Of a stretch of DNA of 64,000 bases, positions 25,010-36,420 are shown piece by piece. Made by a program: the position numbers and the translations under genes. The stretch is from assembly GCA_052426225.1 (NCBI GenBank), contig JBNJNM010000012.1, positions 2,108,001-2,172,000 of the forward strand, in the 5' to 3' direction. The notes under the pieces were generated by a model, which saw only the letters and a list, made by a program, of their open reading frames with translations, searched no databases and was not told the DNA's origin. Source of the DNA: Zancudomyces culisetae HAW-14-8. Its lineage: Eukaryota > Fungi > Kickxellomycota. The number at the start of each line of letters is the position of its first letter. The stretch's first letter is position 1.

Positions 25010-25798
25010 TTAATGACACGACAAGGTTTTATTTGGGTTGTACGTCTTGCTAGAAAAGATGAAGTATCCCACCATTGCTCCTAGTATAACCGACGACATT
25101 ATATATCCATTATAGGTCATAAAAACCAACATCAAGCAAAACGAATACTCCACAAACATCGCGTAAAATAGTGATTTTTTGATCCTCATTTTCATCGTGG
25201 TCCTATTTAATAGTTTGGTATTTAATGATTAGGCCGTTGATATCACACGGATTCAAAATTGTGGATTAACTCTAGATAAAATAGTTTAATATAATGCTAT
25301 GAAAAGCCTTTAAGGTAAATGATAGATATATTGGCTAGCTACCTTGGTCGGATTCCAGTTATAAGTTCGTCGCCTTCCTCCTCATCAGATTGTGATGGTG
25401 GCATATACAGCACACGATTTCGTTTGCTCTCCCAATTCAAAACTAACCCTCTAACATACTCATATCCTATTGCTAGTAAAAATATAGCCACACAGGAAAA
25501 AAACATTTCTGTTGGAGAATTTATCCTCCAGCTTCTCACCAATATACACACATTTTTTGTCTCCCAATTGAGGACCATCTATTTGCAGACATAATATTAA
25601 AAATCTAGTTATTCTTGCTATTGAATGATGGAGATAACCCCCCCCCCCCCCCGTGAATCTTGTTTATTTTCTCCACATTTACTCGAAAAAAGATAAAGGA
25701 TGTGCGAAATGGCGCAAAGAAAATCAAGTATATGACAAAATTACATTCATTGAACACATCTGGTCGTGGTCATGACCATCATGATCGCTTAGAAACAT
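25010..25798 (-). CDS. Ctr-family copper transporter (Ctr2-like; 3 exons)
   Basis: Exons 25798-25745, 25578-25343, 25202-25010 give a His/Met-rich N-terminus (DHDGHDHDQMCSMNMVLNW), three TM segments, the MxxxM motif MLVFMTYNG, GxxxG (GAMVG) and a C-terminal SCH. Confidence 0.92.
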
Positions 25799-27141
25799 TC
25801 TTTCGGGCAGTTTTTGCGTGTTTAGCCTTTAAATTCTTCTTTGTAGTATTTATCTGCTATTTTAAGCTTTTTTTTGAGAAATCCTCTTTTAAGGTTTTTT
25901 CAAGTACTTTTATAAGGTTGCTTTATTATTTGAAGTAAATATATTTCCCTGTTTTACGTAATTAATTCAAACCCAAAATCTCTATAAAATCATAATAGTC
26001 AGAAGGCAAAGCTCAGCTACTTTCTTGATGGTTTCTGTTGAGAAAATTGGAGCTGAGTCATGTGCACTATCCATGTGACTTGGGCCGTTTACCACACTCT
26101 TCCTCCCCTCTTAAGAATGTCTGGGCTTTGATAAAGCAAACCTTCGGCCGCCTCGCTATTCTCTATTATCTTCACTAAAATGGACTTACCGTAAACCCAA
26201 ATATTAAGCAAAATGCTTATTTTTTTTTCTCAAACCTTCAATTTATTTCCTGTTTCAATTCGACCTTGCTGTTTGGAATGCTAAATGTATAAAAACAATC
26301 ATGCCCAATACAGGTTTTACAATGCTCCTTCTTTATTTGCTCCTTTTTTTGAAAAAACAAAACAATTGCATGATTTTGTTGGTAACTGATACCGAACAAA
26401 AACTGGGAACCACAGAAACAAAATCGCTTTTCTCTGGTTGTGCTAGCCTTACATTTCCCAAGTCATTTTAGTTTGACTGTATTTTACACTTAAAAAGCCT
26501 GTATTGCGCTTATACAGGACAACAATTACGGCAGTTTGTTGTGACTTTGCTTAGATTCATTTACACCATTGTCCAGTTTCAGGCAAATACCTGCTTATTG
26601 TTAATTTTAGGACTTACTTCAAAGGATAAATGTGTTAGGACAAGTAGGCACATATTTATTTATTTTCCATTGCTCTTGTCTCGTCAATCGGATCAATTTG
26701 CTGTGTACAGCCGTGGTATGTGCTTGAAAAAGATTATCGGTGCACATAGAACAACGAACTCTCAACGCTACGCCCTCCTCCCTCCTCCCTCTTTCATCAC
26801 TCTCCTCTCTTTATTATTTTTGAAAAAAGCCGGTTATCGTTAAACACCAGCTGAAAGGTTTGATGGTTAACCTATCCATCCATTTCATTCATCTCATAAT
26901 ATGCTACAACTTCATGATAATCATCGTTTATTTAGTTGTGAGAATATTTTAGTGCTAAAAAAAAGAATTACAAAGCTAAATACAAAAATATTACATACAA
27001 GTAGCACGTTTCAGTCTACTACACGATGCTTTGTAAGATTTTAAACCATATCTGCTATTTACAACGCCTACGAGTATATATCCTTACAACCTTTACAAGA
27101 TCAAATAAACGGGTGCAAAAAGAAGGGTTGAGTGTAATTGT

Positions 27142-28627
27142 TTACATTTGAATTTGTGGACGTTTTCCGACTCTTTCAGTCTTGATGTTGTCCCTAACGT
27201 TCAAAAGTTTAAGGGAATCAGTTGTACCTTTAACCCCATCCACGGTGTACTGTATACTTTTGCTGCTGAATGCATCATCATCGACACCTTCGCAATATTT
27301 GTAATTGCTGAAATAGTCAAAGAGCGTGTGGTCAATATAAGTTTTACTGTTATCCTCGGTAAAAATTACGCTGTTGTTTACTTCGCCGCCAATTGCACGC
27401 AACGTTGCCGGGTGTATTGTTGTGGCACTGTTGTTGGTGTTGTTAAAAATGCAATTTTTAGGGGAACTAATATAGGCTGACTCTTCTTTCCAATAGTACT
27501 CGGTATTTATGGCTGAAATCAGACTTCCTGCAACACTGGTGGCACTATTTCCACAAACATCTTTGCTTGTATACTTTTTATCAACACTTTTCTTGTCATT
27601 TTTTGCTTTTTTGTAAAACCGATCTAATATGCTAGTATGTTTACTACTCGAGACCTTTTTCCCTTGAGATGCAGAATGTGTGCTACCTGTACGCTTGCAT
27701 TCAGTCCGACACTTGCTACACAGGTTGTTTTTTTCAATTTTGTCGAAGACCGATTTTTTGTCGAGAATGTTATTATGTTTCAGAATCTCAGTAATAGGAT
27801 ATCCCTTCTTTATTGCCATTAGCTCTATTTCACCCACTTCGGCTCCGTTATAAACCAGACTGCAATTATTCTGATCAATAGTTATGTATTTTATATTTTT
27901 TGTAATACCATCTCCATCCTGGCTATTCTCGCAGTATGGATCCAAACTACCAATAAAATCTGAAGGCGGTCCTATGGTAACCTTTTTCCCCTTCTTTCGG
28001 GGGGCTAGATGCTCATCGTTGTTAGTTTTTTTGACCCCGCTTATCGTGTTTGTATACTGACACTTCAGAAAGCTTGTCAACCGCCTTACAATTCGTGATT
28101 TTTTTCCTTTTTCTGGTTTATCATTTATTCTCGCCTGAATTTCCTGCGCTTCAATAGTTTTGTAATTACTGTTGAGTGGCAATTTGGAAAAATGTTTGGG
28201 GTCAAAGCAGGAATAGCTGTGTGACTTCATGTTTTGTGGGCTATTAAGGATATTTTCTGACACTACCCTCTAAAAAAAAAGATATATGGCAAACAATAAA
28301 GCTGTTAGTAATATAAATACATCTATAACCGCCTCCAATCTTAGGGTAGCAGAGTAGTAGAGATATATATGAAATAAATTATTTCTTGTATAAATAGCCA
28401 TTTCCCTTTTTGCTTCAAAAGAAACTTACCTTCTGCCTAGAGTTAGCGCCATATGCGAAGGTTTTTAATCTTCTATTACCAATATCTCTGCCATCATTCA
28501 TCACAGTGTTGCATCCTCTCACATTTACCAGCCCCAAGACACTTTTGCTACCAACAAGCCTCTTTGGTCTGTCCCAGTGTGGTTTCTTTAAATAATGTAG
28601 TGTGTTTCCGTAATTTGGACTTTCCAT
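27142..28627 (-). CDS. Hypothetical Lys/Ser/Asn-rich protein (~441 aa, 2 exons)
   Basis: Exon 28627-28430 (GTAAGT donor) splices in frame to 28269-27142 (TTTAG acceptor). Long ORF with no family recognised. Confidence 0.65.
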
Positions 28628-30059
28628 TTTTTGCTAACACCTATCGTGGCAATCGTATTATTTATACAGCATGGATGTATTTTGATGTAGTAGTTTAAAA
28701 TAATGATATATATTGGAAGCTATTCAAATACACAAATTCAAGGGTTTTAAAAGTAATAAGTATATATTTTACTATCTTATGATCTTTAAACACTAAAAAA
28801 TGAAATTCCTTTCAAGTTGTTATATCAAAAAAAAAGGCTCAGTTGAAGAGAAAATAATATTTTTACCTGGAAACAATAATTGCAATAATACTCAAGTGTA
28901 TATTATAGCAGTGGTTATCATGGCGTCCAGGGAGGAGGGAAAGATATAGAAAATGTGACTAAAAAATAAATGGAAATAAATTGAAAAAGGTACAGAGAAA
29001 AAGAAAGAGAAATCGAAAGGATGTATCAAGTAAAGTAAACAGAGTAATAGGTTCAGGCACATTGAAGCTGAATGTTGGTGTAAAGACACACATCTTATGT
29101 TGTTTTATTTTCAAATATACATCGCAGTTTGGTACGTATGTCTCACATGAAATTTCGATATAAACAGCATTCTTTCTTCAGTGTTATTGACCGCAATTTG
29201 GCAGTGAACAAGACAAAAAGCGAGAGTAAAAAAATCACTTTTGTAATTGTTTAAAACAAAATAAAACATTATCTGTTAATTCACATTATTATATATTTCA
29301 CAAATGATGTTACAAAATAGTTGGTGTGTGCTAAAACGAAAGATACAAGATACAAGCTATGGTATCTTATCTGTTTTGGTTTTATAATATTACTACCTCT
29401 ACATTCGAACCCATAAAGTCAAAATAGAAAGCCATGGACACAGGCAAAAAAAAATCTAGAGTTTCGTTAGAGTAATTTGGAATATTTTTTGACTGAAAAT
29501 ATGAATATGAATTTTCATAGGAGAGGCAACCACTATTTCATTTTATTTTATTGCAAGTATCAGAGTAATAATAGAAAAAGTTGTCTGTAATACTTATAAC
29601 TGGTGATATAGTAGAAAATGGTAGAAAGGATAGTGTTGATAATTATTTACTAAAACCCTGATATTTATCTCCAGTGTTGTATTATAAAGACAGACCAAAT
29701 ATTTTAGTAGTTGACACGAAATCATAGACAGCTTGTATTTACATTTGCAGGGGGTTTCTTGTAGAACTGAGATAAAGTTCTACTGCATAGTATACTAACC
29801 TCTTCACCTCTTCGGTCTAAGTCTTGCAAACTAGTTATTCTTGCTTCACTAACTGGTATTCCCTTCTCGTTTACAAACCAGCAAAGTAACGAAAAGCTCA
29901 CAACACAAACTGTGAATTTGGCGTAGTAAAGAAAATGATTGGTTGAACTCGGCGAAGATGGGCCGATAAAATCCAGCTTTCTAAGGCTCGGTTTTATTTT
30001 GAAACAAGGCCTGCTCAATAAAAAAAATTCCATTTTGATAGATTTTACCTCATAACACT

Positions 30060-30065
30060 ACGCGT
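30060..30065. promoter_or_regulatory. MCB-like element (ACGCGT) upstream of the RecQ gene
   Basis: Exact MluI cell-cycle box ~190 bp upstream of the ATG at 30254 of a DNA-repair helicase. It is only a single 6-mer. Confidence 0.3.
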
Positions 30066-30253
30066 TTAAAGTCGATTATTTTATTTGCTGGGATTCCATT
30101 ACATTTGGAAATATCTAAAATGAGTGCTTTTTAGGAAAAACAACGAAAATAGGTTGATTAAAGTCAAGATATTAATTATACTTTTTTTTAAAGTATTTAA
30201 AGCTAAATTTTAAATTTGTAAACAATAAGAGCATAAAAACGCATAAGAAAAGA

Positions 30254-33200
30254 ATGAGCTACAAGTATGCCAACAGCAGGAGCAGCAAAAATAGCAATGG
30301 GAATGCTGGCTGCGGGTCTAATTATGGCGAATTGCTGCAATGGTATAAAAGTAATTCAGAAAGGGAAATTGAAAAAATAAAGCAAAATTACGGCAAGTTG
30401 TTTTTAATTATGTACTCTTTAATATATTATTATTTTGAGTGTGCATGTCATGCGTTGAATCTTGGGGACTGGACAAGCGCCAGTATCCGGTACCAACATT
30501 GATATTCTCCTTCTTATGCTATATATATAAAATCAATATGATTGTCTTATTTTTACCAAATGTATCGATACAAAAATGGAAAATTAAAAGCTAAAAAGTA
30601 TACGAATAAAGAGTGATTGAATGCTAAACTAAATAACTGCAAAAAGAATTTACAACTTTTTTAGATCGATTAGCCATTGTTCCCTTTGCTGAAACAAGTG
30701 ATTCCAGTTCGAATTTATCCATTGAAAGATTAAATTTCACTATGTAAGACAATTCTTGATATATTGAGGTCTGGCGTGTGTTAATCGCATGCTTATTTCC
30801 CGTTCTGGTATTTTGATTTATTATTTTCCTTTTGAAAGTTACGCCAAATAACACATGCTAGGAGTGTAAATTGGAATGAAGAAGGTATTGCGGGATACGA
30901 AAGGAAAACATTAACGCATACCTCAATTATTTATACTATGCTAATAGGAAGAGGATAGAGGGCGTACAAAGAAATGAACGAAGCTATACAGTTGGTAAAA
31001 ATGATTTATCACACAGTGGGTTTACAAGCAATAGCGGGATAAGCAGCTATAATTTAAGGCACCCAAGTCAAATCCAAACTACACTGAACGGGGAAATGAA
31101 TACAGGGAAACATGATGAAATAATAATACATGACTCTGACTATGAGGATGTTGACTTTTTAAAGGGTAAGTATTAAGTAAAATCTACATGAAAGGTTGAA
31201 AGATGAAGCAGTAGTGTCGATATGTAACACAAAAATCGGTTCAAATAGACATTGAGCTGGCAGAAAACAGATACCAGGAACAATTGAAAAGAAAGGAACA
31301 AGAAAAGTCGCAGTCGAAGGACAGTGGAGGTAGACAAAGGGGAAAGGATAACAGAATAGACATAATCGAAAGTGATGATAACCACCATGGATATTATCAG
31401 CATACAGGCGGTAAAAGAAGCAAGGCTAGAGACGATGGTAGTGGTGGCATCGTGGCTGGTAGGATGAATTATAATACAGATTTGGTCTTGAGTAGCGAGG
31501 ATATAGTAGAGGTTTCTAAAAGAAATATTGGTGGATACTATGAGTTTGATGACATAGAAGATATAAGCGAAATAACCATAGACGATGATGACACAGTGGC
31601 TGTTCACAGGGACAAACCAAGGTTGAGAGCAAGGAACAATGAAAATACGAGACCAATTGGAGTAGATGGATTTAAAAATGGAGGCGGAACATTGATTGAG
31701 AAAGCCGAGGTGTCATCAATAAAATCTAGCCCGGTGCTAGGATATGGTGGTGGGTATGTCAACCATGGTCAAGCAACTAAGAACCACGACCAAAAAGATG
31801 CAGAACATGTAATTTGTGAAGCGATAAGCGATGGTGAATATGATTTTGATGCATCTTATCTGGACAACTTTGAAGCACAATATAGTGAAAATGATAATAA
31901 CGCTGAAGATATTAGTTATGATACTGGTGCCACCATAGGAGCTGCCAGCAGGACGGTGGAGAGGTTTGACATGGAGTATGAGAATACTGGCTCTACGGAT
32001 ATGTTTAATGGTCAAACCGAGAAGAAAAGCTACGCGCTAACCGGTGTCACTAATGTAGTTAGCAATGACCAGATTGCTACAACCATAATAAATGGGGAAT
32101 CAAGTTACTTTAATGGTAATAGTATGAACCCGCTATCAACGAATACGGTGACTATTCCTAGCACCACTAAAGCCACAAATAATGTAAGTAGATGGATTCT
32201 GAAATGTAGCATTTATCGTCGCTGATATCGATTTCAACGCTGTTTGTGTTTTTTGTATTTTAAATTGAAAGACTGTTTGGTGTTGCGATTTTAATGGATA
32301 AAAAAAAATCTTTTAGCTTTATTCGGAACGCTTAGCAGAATCTGTCGATAACAGCTATGGAAATATTAATAAAAGCGAAGGCGTAAGTTTTTATTAATCT
32401 ATTCTTGTATTGGAAATACCGAAGCTTGATGTCACTTTCAAAGACATACTAATAAGAAAGAATAATTTATATTTAATAGAATACTGACCTAAAAAAGAGG
32501 CTAGAAGTGTTATCGTTGGAAAAAGCCAGGATTAGTGACGAGATTTGTGACATGGAGTTTGAGGAAGATCCACAAAGCGCAATAAAAAAGAATATATTGA
32601 AAAACAAGAGGCAGGCAATAATACGACAAATTGAAAAAACGAAACAAATGATTGCAGAGGAGGGATCAGTACTTGAATCCACATCTAGATCCATGAGTTT
32701 TGTTGGAAATGGTACTGTGGACGGATGGCCTCCAGCATATGTTTCGAATGAAGGTCCTAGCGATGATGGCAGGGTAATGAATAGGCAAAACGACCAAGAT
32801 AGTGGGTATGAATATTCATACGCATATGGCCAGACGAGATCTCATGTACAAGGCGAAGAACAGGGACAGGGACAAGAACAAGTAGAGAGAGAACAGCAAA
32901 ATACAAAAGTATACGCATGGTCGCGCGAAGTGACAAAAGCACTGACACAGGTATTCAAAATGAATGAATTTAGGCCAAGACAGCTTGATGCAGTAAATGC
33001 GACTTTGCAAGGTAAGGATGTGTTTGTTTTGATGCCAACAGGAGGAGGAAAAAGTCTGTGTTATCAACTACCGGCGCTGATACAGAACGGAAAGACAAAG
33101 GGGGTAACAATTGTGATTTCGCCACTTTTGTCGCTGATGCAGGATCAAGTGCAGCATTTACTAGAATGGGGAGTGGCGGCAACAAGCTTGACAGGAACAA

Positions 33201-34988
33201 TGCCAGTGGAGCAGCGAGGATTTGTTTTGAGTGAGTTGAATGCACCGTCACCCAAGCTTAAGCTTTTGTATGTGACTCCAGAGATGTTGGGAAAAAGCAA
33301 TGTACTGCGATCTGTATTGGATAGGCTGTACAATAGAGGACAGCTTGCACGATTTGTTATCGACGAAGCACACTGTGTGTCACAGTGGGGGCATGATTTT
33401 CGACCGGACTATGTTCAATTGGGTATTTATAAAGAGTTCTATCCTGGGATTCCATTTATGGCACTAACAGCAACGGCAAATGCAAGAGTGCGAATGGATG
33501 TATTGAAACAGCTGAAGATGGAGAATTGTTTGACGCTCTCATCGTCGTTCAACAGACCAAATTTGTTTTATGAAGTTAAAAAGAAAAAGGGACCAACGTC
33601 AGAGGAAATATCCAGTTTTGTTACCGCCCGACATCCATATGACTCGGGAATTATATATTGTCTAAGTAAGAAAAACTGCGAAGACTTGGCACAGAATTTA
33701 AGAAACAAATACAATCTAAGCGCGGAACATTACCACGCTGGGTTGGACAAGGAGGATCGTATAAAAGTACAGGAGATGTGGCAGCAGAACAAAATACGAA
33801 TTATAGTTGCAACAATTGCATTTGGAATGGGTATTGACAAGCCGGATGTACGGTTCGTGATTCATGAAAATCTACCCAAATCGTTGGAGGGCTATTACCA
33901 GGAGACAGGAAGAGCTGGAAGAGACGGCAAACAAGCACACTGTCTTTTGTTCTATTCATACAGAGATAAGAATTCGATTGAGCGGTTGATTGAGCAGAGT
34001 GATGGCAACAGAGAACAAAAGATGCGGTTAAAGGAAAACCTACAGCAGGTAGTTTCATTTTGCGAAAACCGAATAGACTGTCGGCGACAGTTGGTGCTGA
34101 GTTATTTTGGCGAACACTTTACACCGCTACAATGTATGAGAACATGCGACAATTGCCGCGAGAATGTGAACAAGGAAATAATTAGTCTTGATGTGACTCA
34201 GCATGCCAAAAACATTCTGCAGTTACTCGAAAACCTGCTGGAATCCCACAAGCGTATCACTTTGGTGTATGCATCTAGCGTGTACTGTGGATCAAAAATG
34301 CGCAAGATTTTGGATTTGGGAGACAATAGACTGCCCCAATATGGAATGGGTAGCTCGGAAAAGCGTAGCGATATTGAGCGCATCTTTCACTATTTGGTAT
34401 CTATTAAGGCCATCGCAGAGTACTGTGAAGCCGTTTACATGGGCTCAGTTGCCACTTATATCAAGCCTGGTCCGTTAGCTGATAGGATTTTATCTGGTTC
34501 ACAGGCCGTGGTTTTGAAAACCTCAAACTCTCCTACCAAGAACCAGAAGGACACGGAAAGTAGCACCAACAAGAATAACAAGCAAAGGAAAAAAAGAAAA
34601 TCCACGAAGCCCCATGCTCCAGCCTCGCACTCAAAATCCATCCGAAGAAGCTTCGACAGCCAGAGTCTTGCTGGATATGCTTATCAAGACAGTGGGAACA
34701 GTATTGTGGTTGCTGACACTGATACTGTTTCGCCTCATTTTGGTTCGTCTAACACCAGTAGTTTATCACAAAGTAAGTTTTTTTATTTTATTTATTTATT
34801 TATTTATTTGTAATTTGGTATTGATTGCTCTAAATTTTATTATTGTTTTATTTTTATCAGGGAACACAAGAAGGACTTCAGCTCCAAGCTCCACTGCCAA
34901 CACTGGTACGAGCAAAAGAAGTACCACGAAAAGAAATGATGGTGGAAATCAGTTTTACAACTCTGCGATTAAACCAATGGCGATATAA
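30254..34988 (+). CDS. SGS1: RecQ-family DNA helicase, Sgs1/BLM-like (7 exons)
   Basis: Inferred exons: 30254-30392, 30665-30743, 30948-31165, 31264-32183, 32317-32382, 32480-34772, 34861-34988, all phase-compatible. Motifs: MPTGGGKSLCYQLP, DEAHCVSQWGHDFRPDY, ALTATA, ATIAFGMGIDKPDVRFVIH, YYQETGRAGRDG, and the RQC zinc site C..CRR..CMRTCDNC. Long acidic N-terminus. Confidence 0.9.
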
Positions 34989-35022
34989 GTTGGTAGACCA
35001 TTACTACACAGCGCACAAGATC

Positions 35023-35056
35023 GAAGCCCTGAAGCCCTGAAGCCCTGAAGCCCTGA
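35023..35056 (+). repeat. Tandem repeat (GAAGCCCT)x4
   Basis: Four perfect 8-nt units just downstream of the RecQ stop codon. Confidence 0.9.
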
Positions 35057-36420
35057 TACCACATGAAGGTCGGTAGTGCAGAGCTGTAGTGCGTACTTGG
35101 TTTTGTTTGCCGTATCATTTGTTACGTACCATTTGCTATATTGCTATTGTCGCTACCGATATTACTGTTATTAATACCACCGCTACTGTTCCTATTTTTA
35201 CTCTTTGTCTCTCTTCTAGTAGTCACTCGAAGAATAGTTTTAAAAGTCAAAGCATTGGGTGATAGATTGTAATGTATATAAATTAATTGATAAATAATAA
35301 AATAATCACGTATGGTGGACAATCAGTCAAACTTGACTACTATCAAACATCATGTATCCTTACACTTGGTATTCTATTCCGTTCAATCTAAAGCTCTGCT
35401 GGGAAAATCAAAATATAAATCCTATCTTTTAAACTCTGATTGATAAATACATTAATTACTGGTACAACAAAACATCGGTTGTACTTGTACCTCTACAACT
35501 CTCTAAGAAATAGGCATTAATTTCGAACTCGCAAGCATATGGGTTAAACATTCCTTGTGTGACAAGAAAATGGTCGTACAGGTAGAATGGGTTTTTATAT
35601 GGATGCAATACTGACTGTTACTAAACAGATAATTAGGTCCATTTTTGACATGCTATTCACGCACTCAACTTCTGAGCGAGACTGAATAGCTGCGAAAAAA
35701 GAAACGAGATAAATTTAAAGAGAACATTGCACAGGTGCGGATATTTCGCAGTATATCTGGCTGTTCATTTTCCTGCTCCATACTTTGCACTTGTGTTATT
35801 TGTTTTGCAGCGACTTTAAGCTTAGCAAAAGTAAGATTCTACATAATATTATAAACCATCTCATCTTATGTTTTTGAACTATGAGCAAAAAAAAAAACGC
35901 AATAAAAAAAATACGGGGTGTGGAATGGGTTTATAAGTGGTTGATGTTATCAATGTTCTAGACCATGTTTCGGACTGGATTAAAATCTCCCTAGCATTCA
36001 TTTGCAGCACTAATGCGGCTATTTAAAGCAAAGTAAAAAAAATAAACAATTTTTTTTTCGCAGTGCACTAAACAAAGATAAAAAGCTTACTCTAGAAGGA
36101 AAGCCGAATGAAGTTGTAAATTCAAGACACTTTTAATAGTTTTTGTAACGTGAAAACGACTGTATTGATTGCTTTTTTGGCGTCGCTTATACTATCGAAG
36201 TACGGCTATATATATGAACTGCTTTTTTGGCTTTGAATAATTGGACAAGTTTAACCATTTTTAGCCAAATTATTATTTCACTACTTTTTGTATGTACTTC
36301 CAAGATCGAATGAGGCAAACAGATAAACTACTAAATTGAAGGATAAAAAGCAGCTAAATATTGGTATAAAGAATTGGAATTATATTTAAGACTATACACT
36401 AATTGGGAGAAAGAAAAACA

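Noticed and set aside
29722-30033. 103-aa minus-strand ORF
   Set aside because: It has no recognisable features and lies in the divergent promoter or possible 5' UTR region between the orphan gene and RecQ.
35023-35056. Interstitial telomere repeat
   Set aside because: The GAAGCCCT unit does not match TTAGGG-type repeats, and there are only four copies.
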